Below are positions 1 through 12,455 of a stretch of DNA of 64,000 nucleotides, in pieces. Position numbers and translations under genes: made by a program. Under the pieces are notes generated by a model, which had not been told where the DNA came from, made no database searches, and saw nothing but the letters and a program-made list of their open reading frames with translations. Source of the DNA: Eledone cirrhosa (taxonomy: Eukaryota); contig OZ024741.1 in NCBI GenBank assembly GCA_964016885.1, positions 337,590,001 to 337,654,000 on the forward strand, given 5' to 3'. The first letter of the stretch is position 1; the number at the start of each line of letters is the position of its first letter.

Positions 1-389
1 CAAGGTCATTAGTGACCAAATGGGGCCTATATATACATTAATGATAATTGTAAAGGCTATTTTATTCATAATCTGCTGATAGCCTGTGTTGCATCAGAAA
101 TGTTTCAAAACAACCTTATTACTTAAGATGCGGTCTGATGAAGTCATGATGACAGTATTACATAATCTTGAATGCCACCACCACTACTACTACTTCTAAT
201 ATTACCACCACCACCACTACTACTACCATTACCCCCACTACCTCTACTACTATTACCACCACTACAAATATCAATCATCTTCAAGGACACTACTACCAAT
301 GGATTCCTACAGCAGAGAGCTGATAGAAATAGAAACAATGTCTCCCTCAAAACACATGCTACTATCTTAACTAAAATAAATTCTGTCAC

Positions 390-669
390 AAACCTGGAGG
401 CTCATCAGGCAAGTGCTTATCCCAGTTTCCATGGCATGAAGTGACAGAGAGTACAAGACATGCCCCTGGACAGGACACCATTGCAGGGCTAAACCCTCCA
501 GCTATTGCTGGTACTCATTTTTAGCTGAGTATACAAGAGCAACATGAAGTATTTTGCTCAAGAAGTATTTTGCTCAAGAACAAATATGCAACCCAGTCAA
601 GGAATTGAACCCACCAGGACATTATGATTGTAAGTCCAATACCATTACCACTAGGCCCCACACCTCCAC
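390..669 (-). mobile_element. tRNA-derived SINE, family B
   Basis: On the - strand: tRNA-like head (GTGGGGCCTAGTGGTAATGG...GGTTCAATTCC), then TTCTTGAGCAAAATACTTCA and ACTCAGCTAAAAATGAGTACCAGC. The same body recurs at about 11.5, 25.3, 47.8, 48.2 and 50.8 kb. Confidence 0.75.
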
Positions 670-759
670 TTATTTTAAATAAGAGAAGGACATATTAGAT
701 GGAGGGGTTCACTTCTGGGTTTGGTCATTAAGGGCTGACCAAAACCTACAGCAACATCA

Positions 760-1345
760 ACCACAACTACAACAATGGTAAGAGCAAAATAACTGACCAA
801 CAACAACGGCAACAACAGTGACAAGAGCAACATCATCAATAAAAATAACTACAACAATAACAACAAAAATAACAATAACAACAATAACAACAACATCAAT
901 AACAACAATATCAACAACAACAACAACAACAACATGGGCAAGGGTGGCACCAACAATAACAACAATAGCAATGATATCACAAAATTCCCTTCTTTAAGAG
1001 ATAGTCATTAATATTGTCATTAACTCCCACCACATTCAATCTTACTTTCATCATCATCATTATCATCATAATCATCATCACTAGCAGCAGCAGCAAAAAG
1101 GACATACCAAATTCATTGCCACCACCACCACCACTACCATCATTACCATTACCACTTCCACCACACCCTATACTTCCCAGTAATGCTAATGCCACCACAT
1201 CATCACCCTCTATAATCCCCATTATTGCTTATGTCACCCACCCACCACCACCACCCACCACCACCACCACCACCAGTACCACACTCTAAATTCCCCCTTC
1301 ATCCCCCCTCACTTCCCCTATCACCCCCAACTCCACCGCCACCAC
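760..1345. repeat. Low-complexity (CAA)n/(CAT)n/(CCA)n tract
   Basis: Trinucleotide runs read directly. Confidence 0.9.
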
Positions 1346-1568
1346 CTTTAATGTCCCTTTCCATTTTACATAGACCACCATTAACTGTCAGTTTTAACGC
1401 CCCATTTTCTCTGCTTGTATGTGAAGATAAAGAGGTTTTGCTGAAGGAGGAGTGACTGCAGCTCAGCTGAACCACTCTGATTATTATTAAATCTCTTTGC
1501 TAGAATCTATTCTAAAAGGTTTATCTTTTGTCCTCCTGTGTGGAATATTGACATAAGAACTAGAAGAA

Positions 1569-1570
<2 letters not shown>

Positions 1571-1624
<54 letters not shown>

Positions 1625-1647
1625 ATGTATATGTATGTATATGTATA

Positions 1648-1694
<47 letters not shown>

Positions 1695-1769
1695 ATACAT
1701 ATATACATATATATGTATATATATATATGTATGTATATATACATATATATAAACATATATACATACATA

Positions 1770-1833
<64 letters not shown>

Positions 1834-1940
1834 CACAAATACATACACATATACATACAAATACATATATATACATACACAAACACACACACACATATAT
1901 ATATGTATATATATACATACACAGACACACATCTATATAT
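1571..1940. repeat. Compound (TA)n/(TG)n/(CA)n microsatellite
   Basis: Direct; it explains the YIYIYI ORFs. Confidence 0.95.
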
Positions 1941-2189
1941 AGAAAGAGAGAAAGAAAGAGGGAGGAGAGAGAAAGAACAAAAGCTAGAATGGTAATGGGT
2001 GTAATAGAACAGTGTTTGTTGCTATTGTTTAATATAATATAATATAGCCTGTTGACTGAGGTATTGCCTGTCAGGTATCAATAACCAATACTTGGCTAAA
2101 CTGACTACTTAATGCTAATGTAATGTTTAGCTGAAGTGTCATAAAAACTACCATAGAAAGTAATAGCTCTGTATTTATGACACTGACAT

Positions 2190-2202
2190 CCAGCAGAGGG
2201 CA
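2190..2202 (+). promoter_or_regulatory. CTCF-like core motif
   Basis: CCAGCAGAGGGCA matches the CCASYAGRKGGCR consensus; it lies in apparently unique sequence about 240 bp upstream of a candidate exon. Confidence 0.3.
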
Positions 2203-2445
2203 TCAGAAGAGCTAAAACATTTTTCTCCTCTTTTCCTTACATCAAAATAAATAAAGAACCATAATCAGATTTAACAATTCGGTCAGGAGAAGGTAAAGGG
2301 TAGGAGGGCTGACATTATGAAGCATGAAGTAAAAATGGCTATAGGCTTCTTCAGCATTTTCAGTATTGATTCCCCGAAATAAAAAGAAATTAGCCAGAAA
2401 CCATCATATACAACCATTCTATTGTTTACATTGATGAATTTTCAG

Positions 2446-2596
2446 CCCACTATATTTACGCATAGTTTTGGTAACAAGGAAGGCCATATTGATGTATCCT
2501 CTGAACATGTCAAAGAAATGCCAGTATTGTCTTCTTATAAAGATACTGGACACAATTGGAGAGAAGGAAGCACAGAACACTATGAAGAACTTGCAG
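2446..2596 (+). CDS. Candidate internal coding exon of an unidentified host gene (151 nt, phase 0 to 1)
   Basis: Acceptor ttttcag|, donor G|gtatgt; open frame PTIFTHSFGNKEGHIDVSSEHVKEMPVLSSYKDTGHNWREGSTEHYEELA; non-repetitive sequence. Confidence 0.55.
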
Positions 2597-3623
2597 GTAT
2601 GTTCTTAATGTTAAAGACTATTAATGTTTTGAAAAAAAAATAATAATAATAATAATAATAAAATACTCTCAATATTTAATTTTCTAATAAATGACTGATT
2701 AGTTTCAGAAAGCAGGTACAATGTGGTAGAAATATATAAAAGGCAAAGGATGACACATTAAAACAAAACAAAGTATATTCTTAGTATATTTCAATATGAT
2801 ATTTCGGGCCATCACCCTCTTTTCAAATGTAAAACGAAAACAGTTCAAAACAAAATGAATGATCAATGTGTTCTTCCCTGACTTAAGTTTCCATAAATCC
2901 AATCTCGGCTAGGATTCTTATGGTAAAATTTGAAGGAAATTATTTGTATGTAATATCAAAAGTTAACTTAAAAATCATAAAAATCCCTACATTAAACATT
3001 TATTTCAAAATACATTCTATTTCAATTATTAGTGAGAAATTTTGAGGGATTTACTAAATTCATTAATTATTTCATTACTGAGATAGTAATTTAGTGTATT
3101 GTTCTTATATAAAATTACATTGGAAGATTTTAGTTTAAATAGAAATCATTTAAAATGAGTGGTTTTGTTTAACAGAACCAGAGCTGGTTTTGACCAGGCT
3201 GATATTAGAAAGGTTAATGAATAATTTTGAGGGACTTACTAAAATTACTTCATGGTTCAACAATATATAGTTTTTATATAAAATTACATTAGAAAATCTT
3301 ATAATTGTTACCTCAATAAGTTTTATTTAAAAGTTTTCCATGGAAAACATTTATAATTATAAATTAGGAATAGTTTTCTGAAGAGGAAAGGGAAAAAGCC
3401 ACAGCTGTTAAATAATCTACTGAATGTATTGGTAGAGAAGGCACATATTATTTTATATATCATGCAAACATACTTACATACACACATACATATATATATT
3501 ATAGTATAGTTATCTTCAACACGATTTTGTTGCTACCATTGGTTTCCAATATGTATATATATATATACATATATAATGCAAGCATGGAAAATATGTCATT
3601 AAATGTTGCAGATAACTATATAT

Positions 3624-3673
<50 letters not shown>

Positions 3674-3698
3674 TTTTCATCCACTTTTCCCTGCTTGC

Positions 3699-3750
<52 letters not shown>

Positions 3751-4119
3751 CATCATATATATATATATATGCAAAATACATATTGGAATTCATTCGAGAG
3801 CCTTTTCTTTCCTTCTTGTCAAGCAGCTTTTGACATTTTGATGTCAATCACACTATTAATTATTAATTGACATTTTGCTTCCTCAGCCCAAATTGATTGA
3901 GATTTTAAAATACTGATGATCTTTTCATATATTGATTACAAATGAAAGCTAAAGTGTCATTCTAATCATTGATTGAGAAGAATTTTATCAGAAAACTCTT
4001 TGGTATTTTCCTCACATCAGAACTAATACCCAATAATATAGAATTCCAGCTTCTTTACATTTTAGATTCCAAAATTTGGGAGCCAGGAATCAATAAAAAC
4101 AAATATATATATATGACCA

Positions 4120-4592
4120 TAGGTAAGGATTAGCATGAATACCGAATTGAAGATAGCGAGTTTGGCTTTTATACCTACCTCCCTTCTTCTGATTATCAAA
4201 ATAATATGACCGCAAATACAAGTGGCTGAAATGGGGTTCCTCCAAAGGGTTTTTGGAGTAACATTACTCAATAGAGTGCATAACTCAGAGATCAGAGAGT
4301 CACTACTTCTCTGCATTGAGAGATCACAGCTTCAATACTATGGACATATGGTTAGAATGTCTTGGGAAAGAATTGCTGGACAGATTTTATGAGCAAAAGC
4401 AGCCTGCAGGAGACCCAGGGGTAGACCCCGAGCAAGATGGTTGGATAACATCCATGATCTCTGCTGATCTCACTTGGGGATCCAGGCAGATAAGTTGAAA
4501 AACAGTTGTTTCTGACAGGATCCACTGGAAGGAGTGTTTGAGGACTCTGCTGCCCAACAACTCTCTCAGGAATAAGTGGCTGAAGAAGAAGA
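4120..4592 (+). mobile_element. Degenerate RTE-type LINE 3' fragment with (GAA)n tail; the first ~70 bp is in inverted orientation
   Basis: Decayed EMGFLQRV...RSQLQYYGHMVRM...RPRGRPRARW; the - strand reads AKLAIFNSVFMLILTYGH. The same family occurs at 22.9, 34.2, 51.2 and 53.7 kb. Confidence 0.7.
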
Positions 4593-5310
4593 TATATATA
4601 TAATTAAGACTGTCTTTTGCCTTAAGTAGAACTTAAACAATTCTAAACCAAACCCATGCTATCCACAAACACAAGCAAATGCAAATCATAGTCCTACAAT
4701 ACACATGTGTCCTTGAAAACCACACCCCTGACCCTCCCAGTGAAACAAACAATCTGCTCTAATTATTGGTTTGGGTGGGGCATGCATTGTTTCTATATTA
4801 CTATTAACCTATAATGATTCAGCAGAAAATATCAAAATACAGGTTTGTTTATTCATATGTTTATAGTATCTTTACTAGTGGACAGATTGATGTGAAAATT
4901 TGCAATAAACAAAAGTAAAAACTTCAATATTTAATAAAATGCAGTTATAATAATATTTTGTACTTTTCAAGAATGTCTTACCAATATAATTTCACGTAGT
5001 ACAGCATTTTAAGAACTAAAGAAAATAAGGAAATAATGATGGCGAAAACCCTTGAAGTTAAGACTAGATAGTTTACTGTATCTTCTTCTTCTTCTTCTTC
5101 TTCTCCTCCTCCTCCTCCTCCTCCTCCCCTACCCCCTCATCTTCCCCTCCCCTCCCTCTTCCACTTCCTCCTTCTCCTCCTTCTCCACCTCCCCCACCAC
5201 ATCCTCCTCCTCCTCCTCATTATTATCATGAATAAAAGTTGAGAAGATCAAACTACCTTATCCAATTCTCTATCATTTGTAGTGATTGACCATTATTGTT
5301 ATAGTCATTT

Positions 5311-5486
5311 GGTGGATTGACAGTATCAGTAGAGGGTCGGACGCCATTCTTTGCAGCACAGAGTTCTGAGTTCAAATCCCGCCGAGGTTAACTTTACCTT
5401 TCATCCTTACGGGAATGATAAAATAAAGTACCAGTAATGCACTGGGATAATTGCTGGCCTTGTGCCAAAAGTAGAAACAATTATTA
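5311..5486 (+). mobile_element. tRNA-derived SINE, family A (octopus-type), (ATT)n tail
   Basis: GGTGGATTGRCAGTATC head, GAGTTCAAATCCCGCC B-box-like, CTTTCATCCTTACGGG...AAAGTACCAG body, CCTTGTGCCAAAAGTAGAAACAATTATT tail; more than 15 copies in the window. Confidence 0.9.
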
Positions 5487-6530
5487 TATTAATTACCATT
5501 GAAATGTACACATTTAAAATTCAAAATTTTTCCAGTGTTTCTTAAGTGAACAATTGTTTACACTCGCAATTACAGGCTTAAAATCCCAAATTAACCACTT
5601 AAACCCGTTCAGCTCCACATGCTAACAAAGAACTCAGAAATTATACAATGCTCATTGCTACATGTAGTGGTGACCTATACCCCCGCATAATACTTATTTA
5701 CATTGGCAACAAGTCAACAACGCAGTTTTCTATACAATTGTTAGAATTAGCAGCTAAATCTCCTTCAAATTACACCCTACTGTCTGAAAAAGGAAAGACA
5801 CATTAAAAAATGTAGTCCTGAATAGTCATGACTTGAAAATCAGCTGACCTTTTGGTTAAACAATAGCAAGTCATTTCTAGCTAAGGTAGAATCCATTGTT
5901 CATTGAGGCTTAAATAAATGGCTGTGTGGTTAAGAGGTTTGTTTCACAACTACATGATTTTAGATCTAATCCCATAGCACTTCACCTAGGGCTAATATCT
6001 TCTACAGTATCATCAGATCAACAAAAAGCATTGTGAGTAACATTCGGTTGAGAGAAGAAAACTGTGTGGAAGTCTTTCAGAAAGAACATTTCTGTTCTTT
6101 GATGATAGATTTTAGCCATAACCTGATATAACACTGTCACAAGTGGCCTATGGAGGATTTGGGGAATAATCCCATCCATTATAAGCTTTTTGGTCATATT
6201 TCATATCTGGTCTTATTTGATCTGAGGATACATTCTTCCTGTTTTCAACCAGTCACAGAACTCTGGAAAGTTCCATGGTTATAGCCATACCCTTTCTATC
6301 TAAGCTATGATAAGAAAAGCATCTTTCCCAAAACAATAATTGTTACTAATTTAGACAAAAGGGCAGCAAATTTGGTGGGGAATGGAAAATTGATTAAATC
6401 GACCCTAGTACTTGACTGGTACATTATTTTATTGACCCTGGGGAAGGATGAAAACAAATTTGACCTCAATGGGATTTGAACTCAGAATGTAGAGAGACAT
6501 GAATACAAAACATTTTGTCAGACATTTTAA

Positions 6531-6741
6531 CCCTTTAGCATTTAAACCGGTCAGAATTATCTCACCTCTTTCTGTTCAAACCAACCATACCTGGCTGCTC
6601 ATACTGACGTTAAGGTATTTTTCTCAAAATAAATAACATAAAAATTTTATAGATTTGATATTATGTGAGATAATTATGTAAGATAAAACCTTTACCATGA
6701 AAATACAATAGTAAATATAGAGTAATGTAAATGCTATGGGG
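6531..6741. mobile_element. piggyBac-type MITE flanked by TTAA
   Basis: TTAA-CCCTTTAGCATTTA ... TAAATGCTATGGGG-TTAA (imperfect TIRs). It interrupts an old - strand family-A SINE that resumes at TCTGCCAATCCAC. Confidence 0.7.
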
Positions 6742-7120
6742 TTAATCATCTGCCAATCCACTGCTCCTTTTTCTCCAACCAAGAAATAAATGACAAAGAT
6801 TCAAAATAGTAAGCTAACATCCTATAGATTTCACTACCTGCAGTTCTCTTTTTCCATCATTTAATTTTGTATTGTTTCACCTGACTAAAATTTATTTCAA
6901 AAGTGAGTTGTTGGTTCATAGGTAGCAGTATTACAGCATTATAAACAGACAGTAAACAGTAACATTTAAAAAATAACTATTTTTTGCATTGTATGCGAGT
7001 TGCTAATACAAATATCTTTATATGATTGACTCCTGTCAATACAGAGTATTGGTGTGTGCGTGTGTGTGTATGTGTGCGCATGTATGAGTGCATGTATGTG
7101 TGTATATATGCGTGTATCTG

Positions 7121-7155
<35 letters not shown>

Positions 7156-7171
7156 CGTCATCATCATTTAA

Positions 7172-7221
<50 letters not shown>

Positions 7222-7454
7222 CATACATATATATACACATATATATACACACATGCACCCATGGGTGTGTGTCTGTCTGTGTGTGTGAGTGCATCTGTGT
7301 GCATATATTTCTAAGTGATATCTCTCCATTATGAATTTCCTTTCATATATTATATGTTCTGCTCCACTTCACCTTCCATGCCATAAGCTATTATCCCTTA
7401 GCTACTCCTCATCAATTTACCAACTTATTTCAACTTTATTCTTATTTTATAACA

Positions 7455-7566
7455 TACAGACATACAGCCTCATCATAATCATCAGTCTATCTTAATTTCT
7501 ATCTATCTATCTCTATATATATATATTTATGTCATACAGCCCCCATCATAATCATCTGTCTATCTA

Positions 7567-7631
<65 letters not shown>

Positions 7632-7795
7632 CATACAGCTCCATCATAATCATCTATCTAACTTTTTATCTATATATATCTATTTATGACACACAACCCC
7701 AACATAATCATCTATCTGTCTAAGTTTCAATCTATAGATATCTATTTATGTCATACATCCCTTATCATAATCATCTGTCTATCTTACTTTCTATC
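7455..7795. repeat. ~60-bp tandem repeat with internal (TA)/(TCTA) variation
   Basis: CATACAGC...CATCATAATCATCTRTCTA recurs about 5 times. Confidence 0.75.
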
Positions 7796-7867
7796 TATCC
7801 ATTTATCTTTATTTCTGTTTACCTATTTTGTCTATATTTATTATTTTGATTTTGACCATTTATAATA

Positions 7868-9402
7868 ATGAATGAATGAAAATATTGTGTACAGTGCTCA
7901 GGTCCACTACAACTCATCAAAAGTGTATGTATAGTACATAGGGTAATGTATAAACGTCAGGAAAATGAACAGTGCATGAGTCATGATATACACATGCGTG
8001 CATGTGTATGGAAGCGGGACATCAGGTGTAGTTTTAGCGAATTTCGGGAAGCATGAGGGTTTTAAAGGATGCAGTGTCTCGGCAGCTAACAACTGACAGG
8101 CAGTTTGTTCCATGCTTCAGCAACTCTAAGCGTGAAAAACTGTTTCCAAAAGTCATGGGAGCTGTGCTGTTTTCTGACTTTGTAGGCATGTCCACGTGTG
8201 TTAGACACATGGAGATCAAAAAGGTGCTCAGGGTTGTTGTTGGCGAGATGGTTAATAACTTTGTGGGTGTTTACCAAGTCCATTGGCAGACGTCAGAGCT
8301 TCAATGAATCCATGCCCAAGGAAGCAAGGCGTTCAGAGTAGGGTACGTGTCTGATGGAAGGTATGCGCTTGGTTGCACGTCTCTGAACAGTTTCCAGGAG
8401 GTCAATGTTCTGAGCAAGATAGGGGTTCCAGACTGATGGTGCGAATTCCAAGTGTGGTCGCACCATAGCTGTATACAGCTTTAAATAGATGGCTGGAGAG
8501 CGACTAACAAAGGTCTTGCTGAGTGATACCAAGACACCCTTGGCCTTCTTGATAATTTTAGAGATGTGCTATGTCCAATGCAAATCGTTGCTGACAGTAA
8601 TGCCCAGGTTACGTTCACAAGATGACTTCTTGATATCAGTGTTGTGGAGGGAGTATGTGGATGCTGGATTTTTCCTCTCAAAATGCATGGTGGTACACTT
8701 GTCCACAGCCAGCTTCAATTGCCAGTCTGTGATCCATTGCTGCATTGTGTCCAGGTCTGATTGTAGGAAAGAGTTATAGATTTCAGGATCTGTCCTTTTG
8801 ATTTCAAGGTACAGCTTGATGTCATCTGCATATTTCAGTACTGTGGCATTCTTTAAGTTGGCATCTATGTCATTAATGTATGCAACAAACAAAAGGGGAC
8901 CATGAACAGATCCCTGTGGAACACCAGATCACATCTCATATGGTGAAGAATGCTGTCCTAGAACCGTGACTACCTCTTTTCAGCTGAGAATGAAGGATTT
9001 CAACCAGTTAAAAAGATTATCCTTCACCCCCATTGCAGAGAGTTTTGCCATAAGTCTTGTGTGGCACAGAATTAAAAGCCTTAGCGAAGTCAAGGTAAAC
9101 AACATCCACCCATGAACCGCTGTCAGTGATCCGGGTAATGTCTTCAAGGAACTCGATAAGCTGATCACAGCAGCTGGAGGTAGGGATAAGTCCAAATTGC
9201 CAGGGCCGGATGAGGCTGTGAGAGCTCCAGAAGTTCCAAAGTGTTTCTCTGACACAGGATCCATCAGTTTGGCCATACAGCTAGTAAGACTGACTGGACG
9301 ATAGTTGACAGGTGACGTGCGGTTGCCCTTTTTGAACAGGGGAATGACACTGGCAGTTTTCCCCTGCTCCGGAGTAGCACCATTGTTGAGACAGTATTGA
9401 AA
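7868..9402 (-). mobile_element. 5'-truncated, frameshifted CR1-clade LINE (RT, 3' UTR, (ATTC)n tail)
   Basis: FKKGNRTSPVNYRPVSLT, FVAYIND...KYADDIKLY, LYTAMVRPHLEF..SVWNPY, TRGHAYKV..FFTLRV..WNKLP; tail reads atgaatgaatgaa on the + strand. Confidence 0.92.
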
Positions 9403-9922
9403 GAAGAAAGAAATTCTATTTCATCACCATCATTATAATCATTTATCATCATCATCATCATCGTCACCACCACCATCATCATCATCATCATCATCATAAC
9501 CATAATCACTTATCATCATCATCATCATCATCATTATCGTTATTGACTGTATTACCATCCGTTATTATCCTTATATTATTTGTAGTAGTAGTGTTTAACC
9601 CTTAACATCCTCTATCACATGAGTCCAGATTAACAAGATGGAGTAGAAGGATGTGGAAACATAAAGAGCCTTCAAACAGTTAGAGGTTTAGAGACACACA
9701 AGAAGAAGTACTTGACAAGCAAGATGGTGAATTAGAATCAAATAACATAGAGGACAACTGGGAACCCTAACAAAAAACAGAGAGCCCTACTGAGAGTCAC
9801 AGATGAGATCTGTTGATGGGAAGGGTACCAATAAAACAGAAGGTGATGTCTCTGTCAACAATTTTCCATCTACAGGAGTACTTCATCCAATTTATTCAAC
9901 TATTATTTATAGTTATCAACTC

Positions 9923-10109
9923 GGTGGATTGGCAGTATTGGTAAAGGGTCAGACGCCATGCTTTCCAGCATGGTTATGTCCCTTTACGGTCTGAGTTCAA
10001 ATCCTGCTGAAGTTAACTTTGCCTTTCATCCTTACAGGGTCGATAAAATAAAGTACCAGTAATGTACTGGGTAATTGATGGCCTTGTACCAAATGTAGAA
10101 ACAATTATT
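9923..10109 (+). mobile_element. SINE family A
   Basis: Full head, body and tail as at 5311. Confidence 0.9.
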
Positions 10110-10462
10110 ATAGTTATCTGCATTGTGGCAACAATACTTTCAAATTTATTAATTGTATAAATATGCCTTAATGTTAGTCTAGATGCATTTCCTGACTGTA
10201 TAGATTGATAAGATAGCTAAGTTTTTATCCATAGTCAAATGCATGAGAAAATATTGAGAAGACATCAAGAACTTAACAAGTACATTTTTACATAATTAAT
10301 TAATCAATTAGTTAATCAATATCTTGTTTATCTCATGCAGGTGTGATAAATAGAATTAACTAATTGACTTTTCATAATTAAACGTATCAATTAATTGGGA
10401 GATAGCGAAATGAGAGTTGTCACCTGACATACCCAACTAATTTCAAGGGAGGGTGTAGATTA

Positions 10463-10645
10463 TCATCATCATCATCATCGTTTAATGTCCATTTTTCCAT
10501 GCTAGCATGGGTTAGACAAGTTGTCTCGTTGTGAGGTAAGTCAGATAAGGTGACCATTTCTTGCTCATACAGAACTGTTTCTGGCTTGGTGTCTACAGCT
10601 GGATTCCCTTCCTAATGCCAGCCACATTTACAGCAGGGACTGGGT
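10463..10645 (-). mobile_element. SINE/non-autonomous family C with RTE-like (GAT)n 3' tail
   Basis: (CAT)n-CGTTTAATGTCCATTTTTCCATGCTAGCATGGGTTAGAC resembles the 3' end of the RTE at 61856-61920. Other copies at about 24.0-24.2 (+), 28.3-28.46 (-) and 44.3-44.4 kb (+). Confidence 0.7.
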
Positions 10646-10970
10646 GCTTTTTATCATGGCACCAAAACAACCACATTACAGTGTGGGCTGTGTGCTTTTT
10701 ATTGTGACACCAAAACGATCATTTTACAGCATGGACTGGGTGCTTCTTATTGTGGCACCAAAACAACCACATTACAGCATGGATTGAGTGCTTTTTATTG
10801 TGGCACCAAAACAACTACTTTATTGTGTGGAGTGAGTGTTTTTATCATGGTGCCAAAACAACTACTTTACTGTGTGGACTGGGTGTTTTTTATCATGGCA
10901 CCAAAACAACTACTTTACTGCGTGGACTCAATGTTTTTTATCATGGCTCCAAAACCACAAATACAGCATG
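10645..10970. repeat. ~39-bp minisatellite, about 8 copies
   Basis: Unit approximately GTGCTTTTTATCATGGCACCAAAACAACCACATTACAGTGTGGACTGG-like, directly head-to-tail, no spacers. Confidence 0.9.
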
Positions 10971-11504
10971 ACCAAATGATTAAGGAGATTGCTTTGCAAT
11001 CATTAGGTCTAAATTCAATCCCACTGTGTGCCATCTTGACAAGTGTCATTTAACATAGCCCCAGATCAACTCATACCTTGTAAGTGAAATTGGGTAGACG
11101 GAAACTGTAATTCAAAGGTTCAGCCTTGCCGCACACTGTGTCATGCTGAATATCTTTGAGAATTACAATATGGGTACACTTGTCTGTGGAATGCTCAGCC
11201 ATATGCACTGTAATACAAGATGGACTGTTGTTGTTATTCACAAGACCAGTCTTGTCACATACATTGTCATTGCTGAATTTCTTTGAGAATTATGTTAAGG
11301 AATTCTCTTTGAGAATTAAGTCTGTAGAATGCTCAGCCACTGAAACATTAATATGAAGAGTGGGCTGTTATATTGATCGAACAAGCAGAACAGTCAGCCT
11401 AGAATTCCTCAAAGATTCATTCCATTTCTAGCTCTATGATGCTTACCACATACTTCACATATAGTAGTACGTCATATTGTATAGTATTGCCTAATATAAT
11501 ATTG

Positions 11505-11850
11505 TGAAGGTGCATGGCTTAGTAATTAGAGCATTGAGCTCACAATTGTAATGTTGTGAATTTGAATCCTGGACCAGGCAGTGTGTTGTGTTCCTGAGCA
11601 AAACACTTTATTTTACATTGCTCCAGTTTACTCAGCTGTAGAAATGAGTTGTGACATCACTGGTGCCAAGCTGTATCGGCCATTGCCTTACCCTTGGACA
11701 ACATCGGTGGCATGGACAGGGGAGACTGGTATGCATAGGAGGTGACTGCAGGTTTTCCACAAACACACTTTGCCCAGGTTTGTGCCGCAGAGGGGAACTT
11801 TCTAGGTGCAAAACCATGGTCATTTGTGATGGCAGGCGGGGGATCTACAA
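11505..11850 (+). mobile_element. SINE family B (long variant)
   Basis: GTGAAGGTGCATGGCTTAGT head, TTGTGTTCCTGAGCAAAACACTT, TGCTCCAGTTTACTCAGCTG; related copy at 25140-25500 (-). Confidence 0.75.
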
Positions 11851-12421
11851 CAAACATTATATTATATTTTATGGTATCATATAAAACATTGTATATGTAA
11901 TGATATGCCCTTTTATAGTTCATTAGGCTCTGTTGTTTCTTTTTATTGTACTATAAAGTCTATTTAGGATATTTCTCTCTTAATATTGCTTAACGATAGT
12001 TTGTGTTTTATCATAGAAACAAACAGCAAACTTTGTATTGTATGCATGTTTTTGTTTTTGCTTTCATTGCATGTTAACATATAAATATTCTCATGAATTA
12101 GAATGATGTCAAACAAAATCTGATATAATAAGGATGTATATATTTAGTGTGTATATTGTAGACATGCATTGTGCATGTTGTATTACATATGGTATAGTTT
12201 TCACAGCAATATCATAAGATATCAAATAGCATTTCATTTAAATTTTTCACACACAATATCCTATGAGGGGATATAATGCATTGGTGAAATTGTTGAAATA
12301 TGGTAACTTCTGATGCAGTATTGTTTCATGTAAGATTCTTTATTATTATTATTACTATTATTATCATAAAGTACCAGTAATGCACTGGGTAATTGCTGGC
12401 CTTGTGCCTAAAGTAGAAACA

Positions 12422-12454
<33 letters not shown>

Positions 12455-12455
<1 letters not shown>

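Noticed and set aside
135-160. CTGATGA-AGTC-ATGAT-GAC as a hammerhead
   Set aside because: No GAAA follows stem II and there is no stem I or III.
1487-2042. Long ORFs of [12 protein letters not shown] type (also 20.1-21.5, 26.3-27.9, 44.4-45.1, 55.7-56.5 and 59-60.8 kb)
   Set aside because: They are translations of microsatellites that lack stop codons, not genes.
5311-5400. SINE heads as tRNA genes
   Set aside because: A/B-box-like motifs run into SINE bodies and tails; no complete cloverleaf.
10645-10970. 39-bp (and 107-bp at 19.4 kb) repeats as CRISPR arrays
   Set aside because: Units are contiguous without unique spacers; eukaryotic context; no cas genes.
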